Assembly (NCBI RefSeq): GCF_014779765.1
Contig: NZ_JACXZA010000002.1
Location: 824,066 to 848,065, forward strand
Length of the DNA stretch: 24,000 bases
Origin: Paenibacillus terricola
GTDB lineage: Bacteria; Bacillota; Bacilli; Paenibacillales; Paenibacillaceae
Reading direction: 5' to 3'
The notes under the pieces were generated by a model. That model saw only the letters and a list, made by a program, of their open reading frames with translations, did no database searches and was not told the DNA's origin. Positions 6,947-14,203 of this stretch are shown in pieces (within the stretch, counting starts at the first letter, position 1; the number at the start of each line of letters is the position of its first letter). Made by a program: the position numbers and the translations under genes.

Positions 6947-7357
6947 CTAAGCAACGTCAAAGATTCGGCTGTGCTCGCGAATTCGATACTTCTGATCCGT
7001 GATCAAATAAGAAGGCAAGTCCATCAATTCAAGCTTACGAAGTCGCTCCGCATCTTCATCGGCAATAACTTGAATTCCAGCAGGCAGCTTTCTTTGCATC
7101 AGATCTGCTTTCCAAGCAGGCGCTTGTAACAATACAAGAATAGGAATCTCGCCATACTTCCTACGAATGTGCTCGATGTGACGCATATAGGCTCTATCTT
7201 CTAACCCGATGCCAAGGAGCGCTGTAACAGGACTTAATGAAATGCCCATCTCTTGCAAAATTACACTCTTCAGCCGCTGCTGTCGTATGCGAATGATACG
7301 AACCGAAACGGTAAACGCTGTCATGAATATAAGCCAAATCACAATGCCTAGTGTCAT
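6947..7357 (-). CDS. Membrane-anchored thioredoxin-fold-like protein lacking cysteines (redox-inactive paralogue)
   Basis: It has an N-terminal TM helix (GIVIWLIFMTAFTVSV). The C-terminal region is colinear with its two neighbours: ILVLLQAPAWKADL occupies the place of the CXXC, and LPSYLITDQKY aligns with PFVYVVNTDG and PSGFVLNRLG. The protein has no Cys at all. ATGA start/stop overlap with the upstream gene, and a GAAGGAGG SD. Confidence 0.65.
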   Translation of the reverse strand: MTLGIVIWLIFMTAFTVSVRIIRIRQQRLKSVILQEMGISLSPVTALLGIGLEDRAYMRHIEHIRRKYGEIPILVLLQAPAWKADLMQRKLPAGIQVIADEDAERLRKLELMDLPSYLITDQKYRIREHSRIFDVA

Positions 7358-7950
7358 AATGCCACCGCCTCCTTCTTCAGCTTATTCATATACGTCCATT
7401 CCACGTATAGCTGATAAAGATAAGCGATGGATGAATAGATGAGAAACATCGTAACATGCGGGTGTTCAATGCTTATGTAGGATGGTTGAAGACTTATCCC
7501 GAGCAAGGCTAATAGGGCGAGTATCGTATTGCGCACAATCGCGAGCTTCTGGTTCGTAAACTTATCGCTTCTGCCGAAGCAGGAGCACTTGATCGGTTTC
7601 TTGCTTAACTGTTGGCGCAGGAAGAGTAAGGAGAAACAAGCAAGCAATAGAAAAGCAGCAATGTAGCTGATACCAAGGAGGATGTTTAACGAGAAGGTAA
7701 CACCAAGCAGTAATTCAAGTCCAAGAACAGCAATGGATGCTAAGTAAGTCTTCCAATTAAGCTGTTTGCCGATAACATTGAAATCAACGATGGCGTATAA
7801 AAAAGGTCTGAAGCTGAGGAGTTTGGCCATGAACGAACTGAAAAACAACAGCGAAAAGATGCCAGGTAAAATTAGAATCGCAACCCCTACTTTCCAAGTG
7901 AGCGCTTCCACTTCTGTCCAATCACAGTTGTCTTGAGAGGATAATAGCAT
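7354..7950 (-). CDS. MauE/DoxX-family redox-associated integral membrane protein
   Basis: 198 aa with 4-5 predicted TM helices. A CSCFG motif lies between helices, matching the CxCFG signature I associate with the MauE family. It is the first gene of the operon. The SD upstream of ATG 7950 is weak. Confidence 0.7.
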   Translation of the reverse strand: MLLSSQDNCDWTEVEALTWKVGVAILILPGIFSLLFFSSFMAKLLSFRPFLYAIVDFNVIGKQLNWKTYLASIAVLGLELLLGVTFSLNILLGISYIAAFLLLACFSLLFLRQQLSKKPIKCSCFGRSDKFTNQKLAIVRNTILALLALLGISLQPSYISIEHPHVTMFLIYSSIAYLYQLYVEWTYMNKLKKEAVAL

Positions 7951-8001
7951 AGTGTTCGGAGTGAATCAACAAATTTATTTATCTTTTTATGGTTTTATTA
8001 A

Positions 8002-8030
8002 CTGATTTAGTCATCTAGATAGCAAATCAG
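8002..8030. promoter_or_regulatory. Dyad-symmetric element in the AT-rich region upstream of the Cys-peptide operon (possible operator)
   Basis: Plus strand ctgatttagtcATCTAGATagcaaatcag. The 7-bp outer arms CTGATTT and AAATCAG flank a perfect 8-bp palindrome ATCTAGAT. It lies 52-80 bp upstream of ATG 7950. Confidence 0.25.
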
Positions 8031-8171
8031 ATAATGTTGATATTAACGATTGGATTACTACTTTTTTTTATGATAAGTATGAATAACAAAGCACCCCTCC
8101 TGTTAGTCAGTTTCACCTCCTATCACTAGAAAATTCGATGAACAGAATCGCAATCACCGCTATACGATGCA

Positions 8172-8212
8172 CAAAAGGCTAAGGGGAAGTCTCTTACTCC
8201 ATCCCCTTAGCC
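8172..8212 (-). terminator. Intrinsic terminator after the 384-aa membrane-anchored protein gene
   Basis: An 11-bp stem, ggctaagggga (8177-8187) with tccccttagcc (8202-8212), is followed on the minus strand by TTTTG. Confidence 0.7.
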
Positions 8213-8232
8213 CTCTAATACGAACTACTGTA

Positions 8233-9387
8233 TTACTTCCCAGTCATCGCAAATTGCAAATCGCTGATCGACAAGAATTCAACGAGCTCATCGTCGTTTG
8301 TGTTAAGTAGCATACTTAAATAATAGGACGGCTTGTTCGTTGACTCATTCATCTCTGCTTCGGTAAGAAGATGTAAGGACCCCACCGTGTCACCGCTGCT
8401 AATTAAATAAGTCAAATACGGTGATTGATAAGAAGTCGCTAGTCCATAAAGCCCCTCTATCACTTTCCGACTGTTTAGTAGTCCCGCACCACGCACCGTC
8501 TTGTAGAGCGTCTTGGACTCCTCACTCAGTCGGATCGTTAGTGCGACTACTTTGTCGTTACGATAAGCTACCAGGATGCCGTCATATCCAACTCCGCCGA
8601 TTCGCGAATCTGATATTGGCTCCCCCACGATGGCCTCAGCTTCCTTCCTCGTCATGCCGAGTGATATCGCGGACTGAGCTCCTCCATCAACTTTAATCAT
8701 AGATAAGTCTGCTAGCGTAATCGGCAGAGCGGGTTCATCCAATATAACAGCCTCGTTCATCTGAGTAACGTGTTTCTCTAATGCTTGTGTATAATCACTG
8801 CGTGAGATCTGAATACTGGACAGGCTGCCTAGTGCGTTCGATCCGAACTGGAGTTGATAAAAATCGGGTTGCCCTTCAAGCTGTTTCATCAACTCTTCTC
8901 CTTGCACAAGGTCAAGCGAATCAGTCTTACTGTCCCAATGATACCCGTATGCCATTGAATTCGGGATGGAGGCTTCTCCAAGTTTCTCGACCGCTTCATT
9001 CGGGCTTGTTTCCAAGCTAATCCCGTTCGACAACGAAGAATTCTCCCCGAACGAGAATAACGCAAGATGATCATCCATATAACCGACCGTCACATCGTCA
9101 TACATATAGTAATCGCTGCCTTCTGGCGAAAGGTATGCTTCAGGCTCTCCGAGCAGATTATCGATCTGCTCCTTGGACATTCCCATCTGTATCGTGACCG
9201 TATTCCCGTCCTTCTGCTGTACAATCGTTAACGCCTTATCGGATACGATCAGATTATCCTCAGCATTATGCTTGTTTAAGAGAATCAGTGATCCACCTGC
9301 GGCGGCTGCAAGCACAACTCCCGAAATAACGGAATACACCAATCTTCTTTTATGGTTCAACAGCCCCACAAGACTTCCTCTTTTCAT
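8233..9387 (-). CDS. Membrane-anchored hypothetical protein with two repeated extracytoplasmic domains
   Basis: An N-terminal anchor (VYSVISGVVLAAAAGGSLILL) is present. An internal repeat is visible: GMSKEQIDNLLGEPE...VTVGYMDDHLALFSF versus GMTRKEAEAIVGEPI...ILVAYRNDKVVALTI. No catalytic motif recognised. Confidence 0.75.
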   Translation of the reverse strand: MKRGSLVGLLNHKRRLVYSVISGVVLAAAAGGSLILLNKHNAEDNLIVSDKALTIVQQKDGNTVTIQMGMSKEQIDNLLGEPEAYLSPEGSDYYMYDDVTVGYMDDHLALFSFGENSSLSNGISLETSPNEAVEKLGEASIPNSMAYGYHWDSKTDSLDLVQGEELMKQLEGQPDFYQLQFGSNALGSLSSIQISRSDYTQALEKHVTQMNEAVILDEPALPITLADLSMIKVDGGAQSAISLGMTRKEAEAIVGEPISDSRIGGVGYDGILVAYRNDKVVALTIRLSEESKTLYKTVRGAGLLNSRKVIEGLYGLATSYQSPYLTYLISSGDTVGSLHLLTEAEMNESTNKPSYYLSMLLNTNDDELVEFLSISDLQFAMTGK

Positions 9388-9465
9388 AATTCTCTATATG
9401 TAACACAGACAGTAATTGTATATTTCGACACCATCCTTATTTTACCTTTTTAAGCATCTTTACTA

Positions 9466-9512
9466 TCAAAACAAAAACGTATGTTCCATTCACAGTTACG
9501 CGAATGGAACAT
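9466..9512 (-). terminator. Intrinsic terminator after the phosphotransferase gene
   Basis: Stem atgttccattc (9481-9491) with gaatggaacat (9502-9512), followed on the minus strand by ACGTTTTTGTTTTG. Confidence 0.75.
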
Positions 9513-9525
9513 ACGTCGTATATAA

Positions 9526-10449
9526 CTAGTCCTCAACTCGAGCTACGCATTCATTGAAATAAGCTAACGCCTGCTCATATTGCGGCGTGTTCACATAATA
9601 ATTCAAATGATCGAGCCCTATCCAAATATGATATGCGTGCTCAAAGTCCTCGAAATCTATCGCATTATAGTCCGTCGTATAATGCGCTAAGAAGCTGCTT
9701 CGGAAAGTGTTGTATACTTGTTGATCGTTGTATTGGAACTTCATCCAATACGTCAATCGCGCGAGCTCCGCCATCCAATTGTACGACATTGCATCATCCC
9801 AATCGATCAACGTTAGTTCGCCTTGAGCATCTATCATGACATTTTTCGTCGACAGATCTCCATGATTCAACACCGATGGCAAATTATCGCACAGGCGCAG
9901 TCTCGCCATTATTTGCTCCTTAAGCAGGTTTAGCCGGGACTGCTCGAACAATCCATGACATATCAAGGCATTCGAGATATCGTCATAATTGTCACTCATG
10001 AACGCCGAGAACGACGTATAGCCAGCCTCGCCGCTGCCGATATAACCATAATTGCGAACTCGAATGGCATGAACCTGGGATACCAGTCGAGCTAATTTGG
10101 CATAAAATTCTGAACCTGACTCTAAATCAAAAGCAATCAACGCAGCGTTCGTGCCAGGCACATACTCCTCGATTAGATACCCTGTCTCGAAATAGGGATC
10201 GCTGCGATCAAAGACGATGAGCTTCGCACATCGAATGTGATGCTCGATTAATTGGCGGTTTACGTATGCCAGCTTGCCGTCTTCTGGCCATGTTCTCTGT
10301 TTATAGGTTTTGAAAATATACGGCTTGCCGTTCGCAATGATCTTATAAACCTTATTATTCGGCACGTTCTCGAATGGCTCAATGGCATCCACTGTGCCTT
10401 GTACAATCTGTTCAACCTTATTCCGTATGTATGCGTAATTTTCGTTCAT
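9526..10449 (-). CDS. Phosphotransferase family protein (aminoglycoside/choline kinase-like, APH fold)
   Basis: The catalytic loop and metal-binding motif LNHGDLSTKNVMIDAQGELTLIDWDDA match the Brenner motif HGDxxxxN plus DWD. Size 307 aa. SD GAGGGAGG. Confidence 0.85.
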   Translation of the reverse strand: MNENYAYIRNKVEQIVQGTVDAIEPFENVPNNKVYKIIANGKPYIFKTYKQRTWPEDGKLAYVNRQLIEHHIRCAKLIVFDRSDPYFETGYLIEEYVPGTNAALIAFDLESGSEFYAKLARLVSQVHAIRVRNYGYIGSGEAGYTSFSAFMSDNYDDISNALICHGLFEQSRLNLLKEQIMARLRLCDNLPSVLNHGDLSTKNVMIDAQGELTLIDWDDAMSYNWMAELARLTYWMKFQYNDQQVYNTFRSSFLAHYTTDYNAIDFEDFEHAYHIWIGLDHLNYYVNTPQYEQALAYFNECVARVED

Positions 10450-10479
10450 CGCTCCCCCACCTGCCTCCCTCTATTCAAG

Positions 10480-10518
10480 GATGATTACAACAAACCCTCT
10501 ATCTTATGATAGAGGGTT
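10480..10518 (-). terminator. Intrinsic terminator after mnmH
   Basis: A perfect 11-bp stem, aaccctctatc (10493-10503) with gatagagggtt (10508-10518), and a ttat loop. On the minus strand it is followed by TTGTTGTAATC. Confidence 0.65.
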
Positions 10519-10563
10519 GTACAATCCATATATAGATCAAGTTCAAATCTAGTCATTCTCTGC

Positions 10564-11601
10564 CTAATGAGCAGCTTGCCGATCCAGAATAGCCCGAACT
10601 TGATTCACCGCATCGTCCAGACTCCGGACAGATAGAGTCATCTGCGGCGATTCCTCATATTGATCCGTCGTATAGTTGTATCTTGGATCATAGTAGTACT
10701 CTAGCAGCATCCGAACAGCCGGTTCATATCGTTCAGCTTCCAGACAAGAAGCAATCTCAGTTGCAATTGGCGTATGAATACGAGATTTAATGCCATTAAA
10801 AGCTTTCAGGTACACTTCTTTATGTCCTGTCGGATAATCCTCGAGAATGCGCTGTACTCGCATATCCACTGGCGCTTCGATCATAATCGACGTACCTGCT
10901 TCCTTCTTCTTGACGAGAAAATCAGGAAGAACAGCCTTGCCGATACGCTTGCTCTCCGCTTCAAGAACGACGTAGGGCGTATCCTGCAGCGTCAGCAACT
11001 TCTCCAGCAGCAAGGCTTCGAACGTTTTCTGATTGTTTGCTCGTAGCCCGACCTCACCAAAGATCGATCCACGATGACCTGCCAGCTGCTCCAGATCCAA
11101 TACAGGATAACCTTCTGATTCAAGCTGCTTCAATATCGCCGTCTTCCCCGTACCCGTATTGCCATGCAGCACAACCGCGTTTGGTTTAAAATCAAACGAT
11201 TCCAGCGTCTCGACGACCCACTTGCGATACGCACGAAATCCGCCATTCAGCCGATAGACATGTATGCCCATCAATGAAAGAACGGTTGCTGTCGTTCTAC
11301 TGCGCATACCGCCCCGCCAACAGAACACAGCCTTTTTCTCTTTGATCTGATCGATCTCGCGGATGAATGCAGGAAGTTTCGCAGAGACGACCTCTAGCCC
11401 TCTCTCCTTCGCGGCTTGAATGCTCGTCTGCTTGTACAGCGTACCGATCTCGGCACGCTCTTCATCATTGAACAGTGGGATGTTAATGCTGCCAGGGATC
11501 GTCGATTCCCGAAATTCGGATGGGGATCGAACGTCAATCGTAACGAGCTCCCTATTGTCTCGTTGGGCTCTAAGTTCTTCAATTGTAATGTCTTGAAACA
11601 A
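10564..11601 (-). CDS. mnmH: tRNA 2-selenouridine(34) synthase
   Basis: An N-terminal rhodanese domain carries the active-site motif FCWRGGMRS. It is followed by the P-loop HGNTGTGKT. Length 345 aa. It lies downstream of selD. TTG start with AAGGAG 9 nt upstream. Confidence 0.9.
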   Translation of the reverse strand: MFQDITIEELRAQRDNRELVTIDVRSPSEFRESTIPGSINIPLFNDEERAEIGTLYKQTSIQAAKERGLEVVSAKLPAFIREIDQIKEKKAVFCWRGGMRSRTTATVLSLMGIHVYRLNGGFRAYRKWVVETLESFDFKPNAVVLHGNTGTGKTAILKQLESEGYPVLDLEQLAGHRGSIFGEVGLRANNQKTFEALLLEKLLTLQDTPYVVLEAESKRIGKAVLPDFLVKKKEAGTSIMIEAPVDMRVQRILEDYPTGHKEVYLKAFNGIKSRIHTPIATEIASCLEAERYEPAVRMLLEYYYDPRYNYTTDQYEESPQMTLSVRSLDDAVNQVRAILDRQAAH

Positions 11602-11615
11602 GTCGATTCGCTCCT

Positions 11616-11860
11616 TACATCAGGATCTTTGAACGGAGTTCAAAGTCACTCAGCTGCTACATCAGGATCTTTGAACGGAGTTCAAAGTCACTCAGCTGCT
11701 ACATCAGGATCTTTGAACACGACATAGGGATCTTTGCGCTCGCGCAAAGTCTCTCTGCTATCAAAGTCACTCTGCTGCTACATCAGGATCTTTGAACACG
11801 ACATAGGGATCTTTGCGCTCGCGCAAAGTCTCTCTGCTCTTAAAGTCACGCTGCTTTACA
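11616..11860. repeat. Tandem hairpin-forming repeat array filling the selD-mnmH intergenic spacer
   Basis: There are two identical 42-nt units (11616-11657, 11658-11699). Two 79-nt units follow (11700-11778, 11779-11857), identical over their first 59 nt. All four start with tacatcaggatctttgaac. Hairpins are CTTTGAAC-gga-GTTCAAAG and CTTTGCGC-tc-GCGCAAAG. Confidence 0.9.
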
Positions 11861-11868
11861 CCTTCAGG

Positions 11869-12918
11869 TTATTCAACAACAATGTGGCCGGGATGCTCGT
11901 CGACGACATGACCGATGATGCTTGCTTCAACGCCTTGCTGAACAAGCTGTTCAAGCAGTTGATCGGCTTGCTCTGGATTAACCGAGATGAGCAGCCCACC
12001 TGAAGTTACAGCATCGCACAGGATCCAGCGGTCGATCTGATCCATCGAATCCGGGAAAGTGACGAACGGCTGAATATGATTGAAGTTATTTTTTGTTCCG
12101 CCTGGTACAAAGCCTTGCTCGGCAAGCTCGCGAGTACGGTTCAGCACCGGTACTTGATCCTTTACGATACGTAGTCCAGCACCACTGCCTTTCGCCATCT
12201 CCGATGCATGACCTAGCAGACCAAAGCCTGTTACGTCCGTGCAGCCATGCACTTCATAATTGCTCATGATTTCAGCGGCTGTCTTATTGAGTGTCGCCAT
12301 TACGTTCGTCACGCGTTTTACTTCTTCTTCGGACAGTTGGTCCTTCTTGATCGAGGTCGTCATAATGCCAACGCCGATGGGCTTCGTCAGAATCAGCTTG
12401 TCGCCCGGCTTCGCGCCAGCATTTGCTTTGATTTTGTCCGGATGAATCAGCCCTGTAACTGCCATTCCGAACTTCGGTTCTTTATCGTCAATGGAGTGAC
12501 CGCCAACGAGCGTCGCTCCCGCCTCTTGTACTTTATCAGCAGCACCGCGCAGAATGTCTGCCAGCACTTGCTTGTCTAACGTCGTAATCGGGAATGCGAC
12601 GATATTTAATACCGTTAATGGCTTGCCGCCCATCGCATAAATATCGCTTATCGCGTTCGCCGCCGCAATCTGGCCGAAGGAGTAAGGATCATCAACGATC
12701 GGCGTGAAGAAATCGACGGTTTGAACGAGCGCCAGTTCGTCGTTCAAACGATATACGCCAGCATCGTCACTCGTATCCAGTCCGACGAGCAGATCAGGAT
12801 TGGGTGTCGTTGGCGGAAGACTGCGAATGACTTGCATGAGATCCGCTGGACCGATTTTGCAGCCGCATCCGCCTTTGCTTGATAATGATGTAAGTTTAAT
12901 GGATTCCGCTTGAGTCAT
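11869..12918 (-). CDS. selD: Selenide, water dikinase (selenophosphate synthetase), Cys-type
   Basis: The N-terminal motif SSKGGCGCKIGPADL is the Cys/Lys active-site loop. The AIR-synthase-like PurM fold is present throughout (DDAGVY, GGHSIDD). 349 aa. Confidence 0.95.
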   Translation of the reverse strand: MTQAESIKLTSLSSKGGCGCKIGPADLMQVIRSLPPTTPNPDLLVGLDTSDDAGVYRLNDELALVQTVDFFTPIVDDPYSFGQIAAANAISDIYAMGGKPLTVLNIVAFPITTLDKQVLADILRGAADKVQEAGATLVGGHSIDDKEPKFGMAVTGLIHPDKIKANAGAKPGDKLILTKPIGVGIMTTSIKKDQLSEEEVKRVTNVMATLNKTAAEIMSNYEVHGCTDVTGFGLLGHASEMAKGSGAGLRIVKDQVPVLNRTRELAEQGFVPGGTKNNFNHIQPFVTFPDSMDQIDRWILCDAVTSGGLLISVNPEQADQLLEQLVQQGVEASIIGHVVDEHPGHIVVE

Positions 12919-12998
12919 GACACACTTTCCTTTCGAATTGCTCGTAATGTATTGCCGATAACATCCTTCAGTAATAGTACATCATTCAGATTACTATC

Positions 12999-13027
12999 GC
13001 AAAATGAATGCCGCTTTGTGATATAAT
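12999..13027 (+). promoter_or_regulatory. Candidate extended -10 sigma-A promoter for the permease gene
   Basis: TGATATAAT (13019-13027) is a TGnTATAAT extended -10 element. A weak -35 (gcaaaa) lies 17 nt upstream. It is 35 nt before ATG 13062, whose SD is GGAGGG. Confidence 0.45.
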
Positions 13028-13061
13028 GTTGAAGCTTCAATTAGAATGATGGAGGGTAAGT

Positions 13062-14144
13062 ATGTCGCAGCACAATCAAACATCGATGAGACAACAGGGT
13101 GCCAACTTGAAAACCATTCTGTTGATTCTGGTATTCATCCTAATCGCTGCCGCAGGGCTAAGTTATGTGAAATGGTGGCCGTATTATCATAAAGCAATAA
13201 AAGCAATAACGGACCATACGATTGGATCTTCGATCTTAACAGGTAAAGAACCAACCGTTCCAAGTCCCTCCTGGAATGCAGCCTGGAGTTATGCTGTTAC
13301 TTATTACAAAGCAGTATGGAAAGCGGCTGTACTCGGCATTGTGCTGGGATCGCTTGTTCAAGTCCTGCTCCCTTCAGGTTGGTTGCAGCGTGCATTAGGC
13401 CAAACATCGCTTCGCAACACAGCGATTGGCGGCATGGCTTCTGTTCCTGGCATGATGTGCACATGCTGCGCGGCTCCGATTGCAATCGGCCTGCACAAGA
13501 AGAAGGTTTCTCCTGCTGCGACCCTAGCGTTCTGGCTCGGCAATCCGTTGATCAACCCGGCAACGCTCATCTTCATGACATTCGTACTATCGTGGAAATT
13601 CACGGTTATCCGTATTATATTCGGACTTCTTATTACGCTGGGCGTGAGCTACTTCGCTGCTCGACTAATGGGTAACGCGGAAGTTTCGAATGAAACCATG
13701 GAGAAATCGATGCCAATGGAACCACAACCACAGCGGGAGGCGCCAATGTGGCGCAGATGGATGGTTAGCATGTGGACAATGATACTCAATGTTGTACCAG
13801 CCTATTTCATCTCGGTGCTTGTACTTGGAGCTGCAAGAGCTTGGCTCTTCCCTTCACTTGGCGAGACAGGCATGGATATGGCGTTGATGGTCATCATTTT
13901 CTCCATTGCGGGCGCATTGTTCGTCATTCCAACGGCTGCAGAGATTCCAATCATTCAGTCGTTCTTGGCGCTTGGATTCGGCGGCGGACCAGCGGCAGCG
14001 CTTCTCGTTGTCCTGCCAGCGGTCAGCCTCCCTTCCCTGTTAATGATACGCAGCGCCTTCCCAGCGCGGGTCGTCTGGTTTATTCTCACCGCAGTGATTG
14101 GCTTAGGTTTAATAAGCGGCATTGTCGGTGCCATTGTTATATAA
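13062..14144 (+). CDS. Permease of the UPF0718/ArsP (predicted permease, COG0701-like) family
   Basis: 360 aa and polytopic. The signature region GGMASVPGMMCTCCAAPIAIGLHKKKVSPAATLAFWLGNPLINPATLIFM resembles the Cys-containing helix and the FLxxxPxxN segment of this family. It is transcribed divergently from selD. Confidence 0.8.
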   Translation: MSQHNQTSMRQQGANLKTILLILVFILIAAAGLSYVKWWPYYHKAIKAITDHTIGSSILTGKEPTVPSPSWNAAWSYAVTYYKAVWKAAVLGIVLGSLVQVLLPSGWLQRALGQTSLRNTAIGGMASVPGMMCTCCAAPIAIGLHKKKVSPAATLAFWLGNPLINPATLIFMTFVLSWKFTVIRIIFGLLITLGVSYFAARLMGNAEVSNETMEKSMPMEPQPQREAPMWRRWMVSMWTMILNVVPAYFISVLVLGAARAWLFPSLGETGMDMALMVIIFSIAGALFVIPTAAEIPIIQSFLALGFGGGPAAALLVVLPAVSLPSLLMIRSAFPARVVWFILTAVIGLGLISGIVGAIVI

Positions 14145-14156
14145 ATAAGCAAAGCG

Positions 14157-14190
14157 AAAACCACCTGAAATGGAGTCAGGTGGTTTTCCT
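14157..14190. terminator. Bidirectional intrinsic terminator between permease and ROK genes
   Basis: A 12-bp perfect stem, aaaaccacctga (14157-14168) with tcaggtggtttt (14176-14187). The A and T tracts on either side serve both strands. Confidence 0.8.
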
Positions 14191-14203
14191 CATTTTACCC
14201 TTG

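Noticed and set aside
11616-11860. Possible CRISPR array
   Set aside because: The repeat units are directly contiguous with no unique spacers and come in two sizes. There are only four copies and no cas genes nearby. The region is a tandem or nested repeat, not a CRISPR array.
11416-12003. Plus-strand ORFs 11416..11727 and 11734..12003, with repetitive SGSLNGVQSHSAAT translation
   Set aside because: They are artefacts of reading through the tandem DNA repeats and through the antisense of mnmH and selD. They have no SD, and the repeat periodicity (42 and 79 nt) is not consistently in frame.
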